Source: Octopus bimaculoides | Taxonomy: Eukaryota | Length of the DNA stretch: 64,000 nucleotides | Reading direction: 5' to 3' | Assembly (NCBI RefSeq): GCF_001194135.2 | Contig: NC_068986.1 | Location: forward strand, 37,068,582-37,132,581 | Part shown: positions 1 through 14,382 of the stretch, one piece after another | How the letters are laid out: every line of letters starts with the position of its first letter | How positions within the stretch are numbered: the first letter of the stretch is position 1 | Program-made: the position numbers and the translations under genes | Notes under the pieces: model-generated | Told to the model about the DNA's origin: nothing | Seen by the model: only the letters and a program-made list of their open reading frames with translations | Databases searched by the model: none

Positions 1-386
1 TGATATAATATATATACACACAAACACACACACACATTTATGTATTTACAGACACACACATTCATATACATACATACATGCATATATATTCATTCACATG
101 TACACATTTATATCTATAAATATACACACATATCTATACACGTCTTTATGCCCATACATAACACATGCACTTAACTACGTAAAAGACTGCAAGAAAATAC
201 AAAAGACAAGAATCACAACCAATTTTAGGTTCAAAGGAACCAAGTGTACCAATTACAGAATTTGCCAAGGATACCCAACAATTTGTAGAAATGTATTGAT
301 AAAAGGAAAAAGAGCAGTAGATGTAAATATCTATTTTACTATAGATATAATACCTCACCATGCTTTCAATAATCAAGATACAGTGT

Positions 387-431
<45 letters not shown>

Positions 432-545
432 TGTGTGTGTGATACACATGCATGCATAAATTCATAATTGGATATAACTATCTATTTGTTTATTCATAAA
501 TATACATACATACTTGCATACATATACACACACACATATATATAT

Positions 546-614
<69 letters not shown>

Positions 615-2052
615 AACACACACATATATATAAAACACTGATTGTTCATTGTCATCTATACACGGAACAGCGTACCTTTTAAATTCCAAACATTATTGAA
701 TATTTTATTCATACATAGATTGTTCCATCGATTAGAAAGAAACCTTTTTTGTGTTTGTTTTTAAACCTCTAACCCATCATTTTGTTCCAAGTGTGGTTGT
801 GTGTGTGTGTGTGTGAGAAAGAGAGAGGGGGAGGGAGAGAGAGGATTGCTTTTTACTGATAGTTTATGCTCTTAAGAATTCTCATGCCACAACATACCTG
901 TATACAAATGTAATGTTGTACTTCTATCTCTGCCTCCTCACTCACAACACAGGCATGTCAATCCCGAGACTCTACACAAAAAATAATACTGAATATTTTA
1001 TTCCAAGTGCCCTGTGAAATTCCTTGTGTTCTCTATGTATTCCCATTACAGTAACTTCTAGCTTCAGTACTTTTATGGTAAGACGCATTTTTAATTTATT
1101 ATTATTTATATTTTGTTAAATTCTGAGAAAAGAAAAACACATGTATACATCCATGTTCATGAATATTGCTTGAAATATCCACATACCACTACCACCGTTC
1201 AAAAATATTTCAGAAACCAAAAATACCAAAAGGATAGAAGTTACAAGTTTTACACTGAAAGGAAAGAAACAGAGAGTGATATAACATTTCAGACTGTGAT
1301 CCTTCAACAAGAGACAGGAGATGAAAAAGGAGTGAAATAAAATAAAAACATTCCAAAAAAGATGCTGCGATGGAGAGGACACGTCAGAAACTGAAATATT
1401 ACCAAACTGACACAGAACCCCCAAATCACTACCATTCTCTCAATCATTCATGAATTTTTATGAGTAAATAGTTTTTTCTTCATCATCTTTATTGTAACCG
1501 GCAGCACCGCCATCATCATCATCATCATCACTACCACCACCAACAGCATCGTTATCGTTATCACCATTAGCATCTATATCCTGATGGTCACCTTCCTTAG
1601 CATTGCCAATTAAGAAGCTATTATAAGACTGTTGCCGCTGCAGCTTGACATGGTCATATCAAGATTATTGATAAGGTCCTAACTTTGAAAGTACTTCATC
1701 TACTACAACTACTTGTGCAATGAGATGAGATGAGATGGCTGGCACAGGGGGAAATCAGATAATTGAGGGGGTGGAGAGTATCTACTTGAAGAACATGATG
1801 AACAGTAAAGGGACTTCAAATCAAGAAGCTGAATCATTCCACTTCCAGCTACTACCTTTGTACAGGGTCATAATTCATGTGAGAAGCCTATGAGCAGTCG
1901 CCTGGCCTACTAGAAATAATAGCCAAATATTTCACATATCATACACAACATCATTTTAATAAAAGGAAGAATGCATTAGATAATGTAACCTTGGGCATTT
2001 TAAAAAGACTAGATTGATGGTCAAGGCTGGAATATTTTTGATGAAAGTTTTG

Positions 2053-2083
<31 letters not shown>

Positions 2084-2179
2084 CACACTTGTCTAGACAG
2101 CACATGATAGTTGTAAATGAGTTTCAGCTTCTTACAAGTGAGGTTGTTCATTCATAGTTTTCAATAAAAACCACGTCTA

Positions 2180-2312
2180 TCTGTGGAAAAATATTACCAC
2201 GCTTGGAAACAAGTGAGGGTTGGTGACAAGAAGGGCCATACAAAAATCTGCCTCAACAAATTCCATGTGACCCATGCAAGTATGGTAATGTGGACGTTAA
2301 ATGATGATGATG
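2180..2312 (+). mobile_element. SINE/RTE-type 3' tail fragment ending in (GAT)n
   Basis: GGAAACAAGTGAGGGTTGGTGACAAGAAGGGC...ACCCATGCAAGTATGGTAATGTGGACGTTAAATGATGATGATG matches the terminus recurring at about 6270-6378, 21330-21449 and inverted at 3715-3860 and 62975-63160. Confidence 0.7.
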
Positions 2313-3355
2313 AACTAGTATTTGGTAAAATGACCAAGATATTTAACAACCTAAGCTGCGATGGGTCACATTTAAACAAAAGAGTGGTTATGTGGCTCAT
2401 GTTATGTGTTTGTTTTTCATACTTCTTGTGATTATGTGTTTCTGGATGGCAATTTTATTAGTCTTGATAGTAAAAAAAAATCATTATTTTAAATTAGTTC
2501 TATATCAGAAGTAGTCTGAGACTTGATACTTCAGAAATGTTATCAGAGAATCAACAATACCAAACATATAAAAAAAAATTCTTTGCTTTAATTTTTTTTT
2601 GACTTTGTTTGACCACTTCAGAATTCTTCAGATACAGATTTCCTCAAAAATCTCATTATTAAAACTAAATGGCTCCAAAGTACTAATGAGTTTCCCTTGA
2701 GATAACAACAATTTAAGAAATAATGGCGGGGGAGGGTCGTGTGTATGTGTATGTGTATGCATATGTGTGTATGTGTGGTTCAGAAGAATGACCAATATTT
2801 GGTCATTTTGATAAACTGAAATGACTAACTCTATTTCTTTTTAGTAACCAATGACTTATTAAAAAATAACAAGGTAAAATAATTTTGAATGCTAACAAAT
2901 TTAAAAGGCTTTTTCCTCCCAACTCTTAATGATAATAATGACAACAACAATGACCACAACAACAATTATGATGATGCAGACAATTACAGTAGATAATTAC
3001 AAGAATCATCATCATCACCATTTTAATGTTTTTTATTTTTCTTCTATTAACGTAGTTTCGGTGGGTCTGTTGTACAACATATTGCCATACATTTTGATTT
3101 TTCTTCATTTCATTTGCTATATCATCCAGCACACCATTTCCTCCCTGGTCAGTTTCATTCAAAGGACCCTATCTATGCTTTACAACAACAGAAAGCAAAT
3201 GCTGCTATCAAAATGCAAAGATCCAAAATAAATACTGCCAACCCATCACCTTGTAAAGATACTTTATTTATAGACCCCAGAAAAAGATGAGAGAAAGGTA
3301 AAGTTGACCTTGCTAGAATTTGAACTCAGAACACAGAGAGCCAGAACAAATATTC

Positions 3356-3570
3356 TTTTCTAATCTAGGCACGACACCCGAAATTTTGGGGGAGGGGGCC
3401 AGTCAATTAGATCGACCCCAGTATGCAACTGGTACTTAATCTATCAACCCACAAAAGGATAAAAGGCAAAGTCAACCTCAGCGGAATTTGAACTCAGAAT
3501 GTAAAGACAGACAAAATATCGCTAAGCATTTTGCCCGACGTGCTAACGCTTCTGCCAGCTCACCACCTTA
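3356..3570 (-). mobile_element. tRNA-headed SINE, family C (near full length)
   Basis: The minus strand reads AAGGTGGTGAGCTGGCAGAAGCGTTAGCACG...TTCTGAGTTCAAATTCCGCTGAGGTTGACTTTGCCTTTTATCC...AAGTACCAGTTG. It has an A-box/B-box-like head, and the same body recurs many times in the window. Confidence 0.8.
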
Positions 3571-3923
3571 GCCAGAACAAATATTTCAAAGTTCTATTCA
3601 ATGACCTAATGACTGCCAATTTGCTGGTATATAATCAAATCACAATCATTATCAGCAGCAGCAGCACCATCATAGTCATCATCATCATCATCGTTGTAGT
3701 CATCATTTTAACATTCACTTTTCCATGCTTGCATGGAATTCATTGAGGCAGAATTTTCACAATCAGCGGACCTTCTTATCACCAATCTGCACTTGTTTCC
3801 AAATATAATAATATTTCCCCATGACCACACATGTCTTCATTGAAGATTAGAAATGAACAACAACACTTGTGTGGTGGTGACACTCATTTACAACCATCTC
3901 ATGATACCAAGGCAAGAAGATGC

Positions 3924-3960
<37 letters not shown>

Positions 3961-4589
3961 ACATACATACCTGTACATTCAACAGACTTCTTTCAGTTTT
4001 CTTTTACCAAACGGTTTGGTCAGCTCAGGACTATGGCAGAAGGCACTTACTTGCACAAGGTGTCACACTATGGGATTGAACCAAGAACTACATAGCTGAG
4101 AAGCAAACTACTAAACACTCAGTGTGTGTGTGTGTGTGTGTGCGTGTGCAATGATGATAAATAAGCACAATATGTTTAATAAAACTAAGGCAGGTTGCCA
4201 TAATCATTCATTACCATTCTGCTGTATCATTTTCATTTGGATTAGTAAAAGCAAATACCTGAGCTTGTCTAATCTATGTGGTTTTTCTCTGACAAAAGCA
4301 AAACCCGAATTTCAAGATTTATATAAAAAAAATAAAAATAAAATATATAAATAAAGTAAAAAATACAATAGAAACTATCTCAGTAAATATCTACAATGAA
4401 CAAAACCCACTCCGGACTTCTGACTGTTTGGTTTAAGTGTACACAGTTAATTGATCCAAGAGAGGCTTCAGATTTTTTTTTACAGCATTTTGATTTTGCA
4501 GTAGTGTTATTTACAGCAATCACCATGATGTATTTAATGGCACTATTGACATTACTGCCATTCTCACCCCCCGACCAGCCCCTCCTCAA

Positions 4590-5272
4590 TAACAACACTA
4601 TCATCACTGATGCTGCCATTTAACACCAACAATCATTAATAACATCACTAACAATACCATCCATACCACCACCATGATCCCTACATCACCACCAGTTTGG
4701 TCTATTATATTACCACCACCACCACCCTCATATCATGACCAACACCACCGCCATTCTCGTATCACTACTATTACTGCCACCACCACTTTTACGTCACCAC
4801 CAATGTCATCCCCATATCGCTATCAAAACCATCCGCACATCACCACTACCACCACCACTATCAGTAGTACTATCACCATCACCATCATCATCATCATCAT
4901 CATCACGACCATAACCATCATTAGCACCTCAACCACAGCCATCATCAATACCACTGTCACAGTGATGTATAGTGCCACCACCACCATCATCATTAGTACC
5001 ACCCACCACTATCATCACCATTATCATCACCACCATCACCAAACAACACCATCATCATCATCACCATCACCATTACTACAACCATCATCAGCACAACCAC
5101 CATCAACACCACTATCAATACTGCCATCACTACAACCATTACAGAGATTCAGTAAAGGAAACAGCAACAACAAAGACACAGCGCCAGGCCCTTCACCCCC
5201 AACAACAGAATAAGTATCAACATTGTTATTCACACCACCACTACCACCACACACCACCACCACCACCAACAC
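4590..5272. repeat. Degenerate (CAC/CAT)n low-complexity tract
   Basis: Interleaved CAC, CAT and ACC triplets; the source of the spurious 179-aa and 102-aa Thr/His/Pro-rich ORFs. Confidence 0.9.
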
Positions 5273-5787
5273 TAGAATAAACAACCGTTTACAACGGAAA
5301 TATATGAAACCAAACAAAAGGCTAAAATTCTAAACATCACATTACAACACATTGATATTATTTACACAACAGGGACATAAGAAACAAAAAAATTACTGTA
5401 GCTCATCAGAATAAGAGGCTAACATAAAAAAAAATGAAATAAAATAAAATAAAAGCTAATGGTATATCATGACCATTTCAAATGAAACCAGTTCTCCATG
5501 AATATTCTGTTATAAAGCACAACAAATTACAAACCATTTTTAACAATGTTCTGTATGTTGTAACAGACATCAGACGGTCGACGGAATCAGAGATAACTGA
5601 AATATGTAAGCGATACACAAGAGAAATACAGTTCTTAACCTGTTTCACTATGAGTGGAGCTTTGCATGTCCAGGCACACACAGGAATATATCTAAAGACT
5701 ACAACACTATCCAAATACTACTGTCTTTTGTGTAATAACCAGACACAAGTAGAACTTTAGAATAATCATGACATCAATAGTTCTGTA

Positions 5788-6059
5788 TCATTGAGAAGCT
5801 TGCTTCCTGACCATGTAGCGTTGGGTTTAGTTCCACTGCACAGCACCTTGGGAAAGCGTCTTCTACTTTAAACCTGAGTAAACCAAAGCCTTGTGAGTGG
5901 ATTTGATAGACAAAAATTGAAAGAAGCCAGTAGGTATACATGTGTATATGTGTGTTTGAATCTGTGTGTATCCTTGTCATGACACCATGTGATGACCGTA
6001 AAATGAACATCACCATATACAAGTGATTTACATATGTGTGTGTGTGTGTGTGTGAGTGT

Positions 6060-6151
<92 letters not shown>

Positions 6152-6378
6152 TTGCATATACCTTTGTCTAGATATCACATGATGGTTGTGAATGGGCATC
6201 TTCGCGATTAAGTGTGGTTGTTTGTTTCCAGTCTTCAGGCTAAAAGAAGGTATTACTTTGCTTGGAAATAATTGAGGGTTGACAATAGGAAGGGCATACA
6301 ATTCAGAAAGTCTACCTCAAAAAGTTTCTTAAGACTCCTGCGAGCAAGGAAAAGCAAACCTTAAAAGGATGATGATGT
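5788..6378 (+). mobile_element. tRNA-headed SINE, family A head, internal (TG)n and RTE-type tail
   Basis: Head GAGAAGCTTGCTTCCTGACCATGTAGCGTTGGGTTTAGTTCC...CCAAAGCCTTGTGAGTGGATTTG is homologous to 17596-17760. It is followed by a (TG)n expansion, then GAGGGTTGACAATAGGAAGGGCA...GATGATGATG. Confidence 0.7.
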
Positions 6379-6946
6379 ACTGAAGTTATGATGCATTGAG
6401 AACACCCTGAAAAATCTCTGCAGTCAGCCAGACATGCTTGGTATTCATAACACACTGCATACATTTGTCAAAGGCAATTAATTGTCATGTGAAAAGAGAG
6501 CAGAGAGACATGGGATATATTGCTGATGTTATCAACTGATGAGTTGCTCTTGAAAAGTCATGTCAGATGCTTCCATGCAATGGATCAGCTGAAGCCGAAT
6601 GACAATGATGACTTAACAGCAAATCGTAAGTGGCACACAAACGAGAGAGCATAGATGTGGCTGCTTTGTTGCTAAACATAGCAACCAAATTAAACTCATA
6701 TCACACTCTGTCATCTTAAAAAAGTTCAAAGGATGGAGTGAGCACTCATCAGGATGAATGGATGATGATATTATTATCATCCATTCATCCTCATCAGTCA
6801 AGTACTGGGGTTGAGGACAACGACTCAAACCCCATCCCTCCCAATTGCTGGCCTTGTGCATAATTATTATTATTATTATTATTATAATAATAATTATTAT
6901 TATTATTATTATTTTTATGATCATCATCATTACTATTATTACTATT

Positions 6947-7111
6947 ATTATTAAAGTATCAAGCTGGCAGGATCATAAGCACGTCTCTATATTGAAATTC
7001 CGCCATGGTCAACTTTATTTTTCATCAACCCCAGTAATGTATTGGGGTTGATGTAATCGATTATCTTCCCTCTCCTAAATATTTAGGTCTTGTGCCTGTA
7101 GTAGAAAAAAT

Positions 7112-7149
<38 letters not shown>

Positions 7150-7520
7150 TTATTATTATTGTTGTCATTATTATTAAGGTAGCAAGCTGGTAGACCCAAT
7201 AGAATGCCAGACAAAAATGCTTAGTGGTATTTCTTCTCACTCAATATGTTCTGAGATCAAATAAGGGCCAAGATCAGTTTTGCCTTTCAAAATTTCAGGG
7301 TCAATAAAATAAGTACCAGCTGAACACGGGAGTCGATGTAATTCCGCTGAAGTCAACTTTGCCTTTCATCCTTTCAGGGTCCATAAATTAAGTACCACTC
7401 AAGTACTAGGGCCAATGTGATCAACCATACCCTTCCCCTCAAATTCCAGGCCTTGCACCTATAGTGGAAAGGTTGATTATTATTACCATTATTATTATTA
7501 TTATTATCATTATTATCATT
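6947..7520 (+). mobile_element. Two tandem family-C SINE copies with (ACT/ATT)n tails
   Basis: Two heads (AAGCTGGCAGGATC at about 6960; AAGCTGGTAGACC at about 7183), each ending ...GCCTGTAGTAGAAA or ...ACCTATAGTGGAAAGG plus a triplet tail. The second copy has an internally duplicated core (TTTGCCTTTCA...AAGTACCA twice). Confidence 0.75.
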
Positions 7521-7943
7521 ATTATTATCATTATTATTATCATTTTTGTGTGTGCATGTGTGTGCGTATGTACTATCTCATTCTTTTATCCATTGATTTG
7601 CGTCCGTCATTGGACTGTGGTAATGTTGGAGTACTGCCTTGAAGGCTTTAACCAACCAAATCAAACAAACCTACTACATCAGTTCTTTTTTGCCAAACAA
7701 GTACCCATTGTCAAACAGCATGAGACAAACATACACATAGACCTACATACTCTCTCTTTCTCACACACACATATGTATGAATAGACAGACAGACAGACAG
7801 ATATAATACAACAAACGTTGGCGCAGTTTTTCCCAACCACATAGATTAGCAAAGAGCTATAGTAAAAGACATTTGCCCAAAATGCAGCACAGTGGAACAA
7901 AGTCTGAAAGCAGTTGGTTGCAGTTTTTCAACCACACACACAC

Positions 7944-7983
<40 letters not shown>

Positions 7984-10900
7984 GTATACAGTTGTACTTA
8001 AGTCATTTTCTATGTTAAAACTTAAATTAATGTTGTTTTTTACAATTATAATTTATTTTATTCCTTTCTGCTTCAGGTAACTTAAGTATGGAGAAGTTAC
8101 ACGACCAAACAAAGGATAAAGATTGTGCAATACTATTCTAAAGTCACTATATAGGTGGTGTGTGTGTGTGCACAAGTAAGAGAGAGAAAGAGAGAAATAG
8201 CATGCACGTGTGTAGTATACATATACACAGACACACTTATATACATTCATAGTTATATACAAGAATATTATATGTATGCCCTTGCGTCTTAGTAAGCTGG
8301 TGCATACATACATCTAGTTAAATGCGATGACATCTGTGCATTTATGCATGTTACATACATCATAGACAGCTAGAAAGGAAGTACAAATATATAAAAAAAA
8401 AAAACAAGAGCATCAAAGATAAGAATGGGTACATATGGTAAAGGGTGTAAAGACTTTCAGTAAGTTAACAAAGAATTCGGTAGAGTTCCTGTGGGACGAA
8501 ATAGCAGTCTGCGACAGCTGGTTGCAAACAAAGAAAAGTGTAGGAGTATGTAGTGAGGTGTACGAAGATGAGAATGAGATTCAAACAAAAGATTAGTTCA
8601 GAAAAGATAACCTTTTTCTATCTATGTGTGGGTGGATGTATATACATGTGTGCATGCGCGTGCGTGTGTGTGTGTGATTATAAATCAATAAGAGAATGCA
8701 AGTTCATTAATCAAACATTGTTGATTTCAAAATCCAAAAATGCTTATTTTTCCTTAATTCGTTTTTACAAGAATGTATGCACATATACTTTTTTTATTGC
8801 TTTATTATCTTCAGCCATTGGACTATGACCAGCCTGGGGCACCATCATCAGTGGTTTTAGTTAAGTCATATCAACCCCAGTACTTATTTTAATCTCCTAT
8901 TTTATCCATCTCTATGGGTATGTTACCTTACTGATAAAAAGGGACACATTATTTGATCAATCTGAGGCTACAGTAGGTTTTTAAGTCTATGAAACAGCTA
9001 ATTGAATAAAGTACTAGACAAGAGGTACAAATACTGTGAGCTCATTCATGTCAACTACATACGTCTCATTCATTCATGTATTTACACATATACATATCGG
9101 TAGGCTTTTTACAATGCCTATAAAGATATATTTTGCTTTGTTGCTCATCTGAAAAGGAAGAAGTGGACAAAGAAATTAGACCAGAAACCTGGTGGCTTAG
9201 CTTAGAATGTCAGGGGCTGTTCATTACCAAGGAGACTAAACGAAGTTAAAATACCATGTCTGATGATCTGATGACAGTATCTTGAGTGAACTCTCTATAT
9301 TTTTAATACCAAAGTCTCTTTGAGAAGTTTCTCTGAGTCAAAATATTACAGCTAGTGCTATTCCACATTTGTATGTACATTACAGTGTTATCCACATCAT
9401 TTTTTAATCTCGTTCTGTTTCAAAAGCATATATTTTAACTTAATTCTCACCTGGTTGATTTTCACACAAATCAGTGAACATTTTGTTTACCAATTTCTAT
9501 ACTGGAACAAATATTTTTCAGTTAGTTCAGAATGTCCGGGTGGGTTTGCAACTGAGTAGACCAAATGAGGTTGGAACACTGACAATCTGCCATTGGCATT
9601 GTTTATGAGCCCTGTATTTTTAATACACTAGTGTCTTTGAGAAGTTTCTCTGAGACAAAATATTGCAGCTAGTGCCATTCAATATTTGCATGATATATAC
9701 ATAATAAATGTTCTACACATTGTAATTATAATAGTTTTCTTCATTTTTATCTTTAAAACGAAGTTACTTTTTTATTTGAAATTTCTGTTAGAATTGAATC
9801 AGTAATTTTTGCTTAATCTTCATCGTCTCATATAGTTCAAGAGATCGAGAATCACTGGATTACAACCTGGGCAAATTCAGAAGCAAGTGCCCTAAGCAAT
9901 TGGTTATCCCACTACAAATAGCTACCAAATAGCCTCTAGGTCACATCCCACAACAGAAGCACATCATGCACCTGTACACACAATGACAACCTATTAGGGG
10001 TGGGATGAGCTAATGTACAGTTACAAACATTTCATCAATATAAACAAATCATCTGTGCAGGTTGTTCATCAAGAATTTAGGGAATTTTCATATGCTATCT
10101 ACAACAGGAAAGTTCATTACATGCAAACACACTTACAGAAACAAATACACTTGCATATAACAGGCTTCCATACAGTTTCTATCAACTACGTTTCACTCAT
10201 GAAGTATTTCTCAACTCAAGGGTATGATAGAAGACATTTTTGCACAGGGCACCACAGTTAGAATCAAACCAGAAACTATGCAATTACAAAACAAACCACT
10301 GCAAATAGCTACCAAATGGCCTCTAGATCACATCCCACTACAATTAAGAAAAAAAAAAACACACATTAAATAATGTAGTCTCAGAAATACTTTGCTTCAC
10401 AATAAAAAAGAAACAAAAACGAAATAGATGTGATGGTTATAGCTAGAATGACCTCAATAATAAGTGTACTCAGTCAGGGTTGACTCGAAGTTTAACAAAA
10501 ATTACTGTCTACAGGAACTACTTACTGGTGGTCTTTGTCAGCAAAACTCAGTTCAATAAATGTGCAAATGGAATACACATGTGCTGTGAGAATGGAATGT
10601 TGACATTTCCAGCAGAGTCCTCCATTAGAAAAACATTAAAATTCTCTCCTGTTGCTAACAAATATATTGCATTTATAAACTTTTTTTTTTTTTTTGTGGA
10701 GCAAACAGTCTAGTACATGCCTATGACTGCGTCCTCAGAGTACACCCTACTAACTTCAATAAATAATTTTAAAAAATATACATGCTGGATAATATAATCC
10801 TAGACATATTATGTACATAAACAGGATAGAATAGTTAAGACTGGAAGTCCTTTAACTAGAGATTTTATCTATGAAAGGTGGCCAAGAGGTAAGCAACAAT

Positions 10901-12329
10901 AACGATAACAACATCCATATGAAACCATAAACCTGTAATCTATATCTCAAATGACCAATGTAATCCACAAGCCAGTAATTCAACATATTTCAAGTGACCA
11001 ATGTAACAGACAAATCTGTGATTCAATTCTAATCCAGATGACCAAAACATTGCATACATCATTGTATATTTTCTGTACAGCATGTATATGTATATTTTCT
11101 GTAGAACATTATACACTCTCTGGTCAAAATGGTTGACTGACGATATGGACAAAGCATTTGCTGAAACTTGGAAGTTTTATCCAGTTTGTTTTTGGCTGAC
11201 CAAATGAAATTATACAATTAAACTGGACAATTTAATAAGGAAATTTATAAAAGGAGTAGCAGGCTAAGTAAATACTAGTTTAGATATGATTGATACAAAA
11301 CTTGAGAATGATGTCCCAGCAGAGTCGCAGTCAGGAAACCAGTAAAAATACGTATGTGCCTCAGTGTGTGTGTGCGTGTGTGGTGTGTGTGTGCTTGTGT
11401 ATGATGTAAGAGAGAGAAACAACTTCCCTTCTGCTAACTTAGTCTACCAGTTGTAATTCTTTTTCACACAACAGGTGGAAAATACAAGCAAGAAGACACA
11501 GAGCAGATGGTACTACTTAGGTCAGCGGCAGGAGGTCAGGAAGAGACTAAAATCAGAGTCACATAAAATTAGTTAATTATTAACTTACATCAAAAGCTTG
11601 ACCTCTCCTTTATTTCCTCCACCCCCATCACCTATGAACAGTTAACCTTTACAAAAATAATCACTGCCAAAAACAGAGAGAAGTTACCAGAACATTTCTT
11701 TCTCTCAGTGTTTGAGGAAGAAGTGATGTACTAAACATTAGTGCATATTGCATGAGTGTAAGGAAAAGGGATCAGTAATAGCTCTTACATAAGGTTTATT
11801 ATTGTATTCTTAATCCCAATATTTAGTAACAATACTCCAGAATGACACTGTAGATTAACTATACTAAGATGCTGATGACAGTGGTAATTATATTAATTAT
11901 ATTAATTATATTACTAAGGTCATGATGACATTGGTATTCAGAATTTAAGTCATGATGACATTGGTAATAATTATGGCTGTATCATTTTGTTTCTGCTTAT
12001 TCTATGTGCAGTCATCTTGTATAATAGATTTTAATATTTCATATTTGTGAGGAAGTGACTGACAACATAGAACTGTAGAATTGTAGATATGTATGTGTAT
12101 ATGCACAGATGCTAGCATACACAGATGCAGATTCACACATAAGTGTATACATACACACACACACACTTTCCTAAATACATGCATACATATAAATATGCAT
12201 TAGCTATAAAGATTATTTATTTTGTTTTTTGTTTAGATAGTTTATGGCAGGGAGAGACAGAATTTTTGCTAAGTAAGCTTTTATTTATACACTAATACAC
12301 ACACACACACACATCTGCATATATACAAG

Positions 12330-12394
<65 letters not shown>

Positions 12395-13261
12395 GTTTTA
12401 TGCAGTCATTGGTTATGTATGGCCCGTCAGAAAGTTACCATTGCCCTTTAACTCTATTATTACTCTTAGCAATATAGGTGACTCATCAGACCTGATGGCC
12501 AAAGGCACATAACCTCTTTACTAAATGAAGGTAAGAATACAGTCTTGGTCAGCAACATAGTGAAAAGAACCCCTGAAATAAAATTCTACAAAAAGTGGAA
12601 ACCCTTTCTAAGCATGATGGAGTAATCTTCCTGTCAATAGTTCTAGCTGTATCTGAAAAGGGTCAGTTTATGTATGATTTCTGTTTGCTAGTCAGCAAGC
12701 AGGGAAGTCTGTATCTCCAACACAAATTTTCCCTCAGGAAAACAACCACCAAATTCTCTTCAGATGGCATTGGCTAATCTGAAGCTATAGTATAGAAGAT
12801 ACTGGCCTGAAAGCCAACAAATTGAGATTGAACCTGGAACTACAAGTTTATGAGGTAAATGTCTAAACGACAGAACCTCACCTGAATGGCATGCAGACAT
12901 AATAAAGGGACATAGGTATGAACAGAATTATTTAATCAGCAGAAGGACAATATGGTAAATGGAGAAACACCAGAGACATTAGATAGCTAATTTGACATTT
13001 TTGAGTCATTCATCTCATTTGAACCCATACAGGAAACTTAACCTTTGGACACAGTTATCTTGGAAAGGTTAACTCTTCTCCTGCTTGTTTAAGTTACCCA
13101 GTCATGCTGAGTTGAGCCATATCTATAATATCAAGATATTATTCACTGTCATGCATTTTCATGCAAACACACAACAACTATGTTCAGAAATGAATATATG
13201 CAGATACATAGACAGGTACACTCTCCTGCACTTGTGTGGGTGTAGCAACATATGTGTGTGG

Positions 13262-13314
<53 letters not shown>

Positions 13315-13678
13315 TTACATAGACTTATATATGTGAGTATGTATATGTATGTAGATATAAACACATGTATGTATACGGCAACACTTTTATGTATAGATGT
13401 ATGCATTTACATAAGAGTACATATACCTCTAAGCATAGATGAAAATACACATGTACTTTTTTCCGCATACATATATAGATACATAAATATTTTTGCACAC
13501 ACTCATACTCACACGCACATACCTACATTTATGTTTCCAAGCATTACAATGGGGCTCTGATTACCTAATAATATGAACCAAATTCAACTTATTCCACAAA
13601 GAAAAAGACCACACACGTACATTTTTCATGTCATTCATCCTTATTGCAACTCAACTATAAAAAAAAAAGGAAAGAAAA

Positions 13679-13826
13679 GGAAGAAGAAGAAGAAGAAGAA
13701 GAAGAAGAAGAAGAAGAAGAAGAAGAAGAAGAAGAAGAAGAAGAAGAAGAAGAAGAAGAAGAAGAAGAAGAAGAAGAAGCAGAAGAAGAAGAAGTGGGAG
13801 GAGGAGGAGGAGGAGGAGGAGGAGAA
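13679..13826. repeat. (GAA)n-(GGA)n compound triplet repeat
   Basis: A long near-perfect GAA run switches to GGA; the source of the poly-K, poly-E and poly-L ORFs. Confidence 0.95.
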
Positions 13827-14301
13827 AGAAGCCTTTAAAGAATTCTCTACCCAGCAACACCAATTTCAGAATGAATTGTCAGCATTACATTTGCTGTACA
13901 TCAAATATAATAAAATCAGAATTCTCAAAGCCCAGCAGCGTGTATGTAATTCCTTCCAAACATCTATGGAATAGATTTTATATATATTTATATATAGAGA
14001 TTTTATACATATATATATGTGTATATGTGTGTGTGTGTGCATGTATGTATATGTATATATATCTATATATAATTATTATATATATTTATATAGATATATT
14101 GATATATATATATTTAGGTATACATATATATATTTATATATAGATATATACATATGAAGATACACAAATATATACATTTCTACATATACATATAAATACA
14201 CACACACATATACATATATATACATACAAACAGATATATACATATACATACAGATACATACACAAACATGCATATATATGCATACACATACCAACAGATG
14301 T

Positions 14302-14382
<81 letters not shown>

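Noticed and set aside
1052-1077. 26-nt candidate plus-strand exon (CCCATTACAG|...TTTATG|GTAAGA)
   Set aside because: Good-looking signals but no recognisable coding content and no supporting neighbouring exons. Similar chance candidates occur at about 10525-10582 (-), 14520-14563 (-) and 23443-23452 (+).
4674-5317. 179-aa, 102-aa and 93-aa Thr/His/Pro/Gly-rich ORFs
   Set aside because: Translations of a degenerate (CAC/CAT)n tract, open in several frames on both strands, with no domain.
13038-13072. TTAA-CCTTT...AAAGG-TTAA mini inverted repeat resembling a collapsed piggyBac element
   Set aside because: Only 9-bp AT-rich arms and a single occurrence; compatible with chance.
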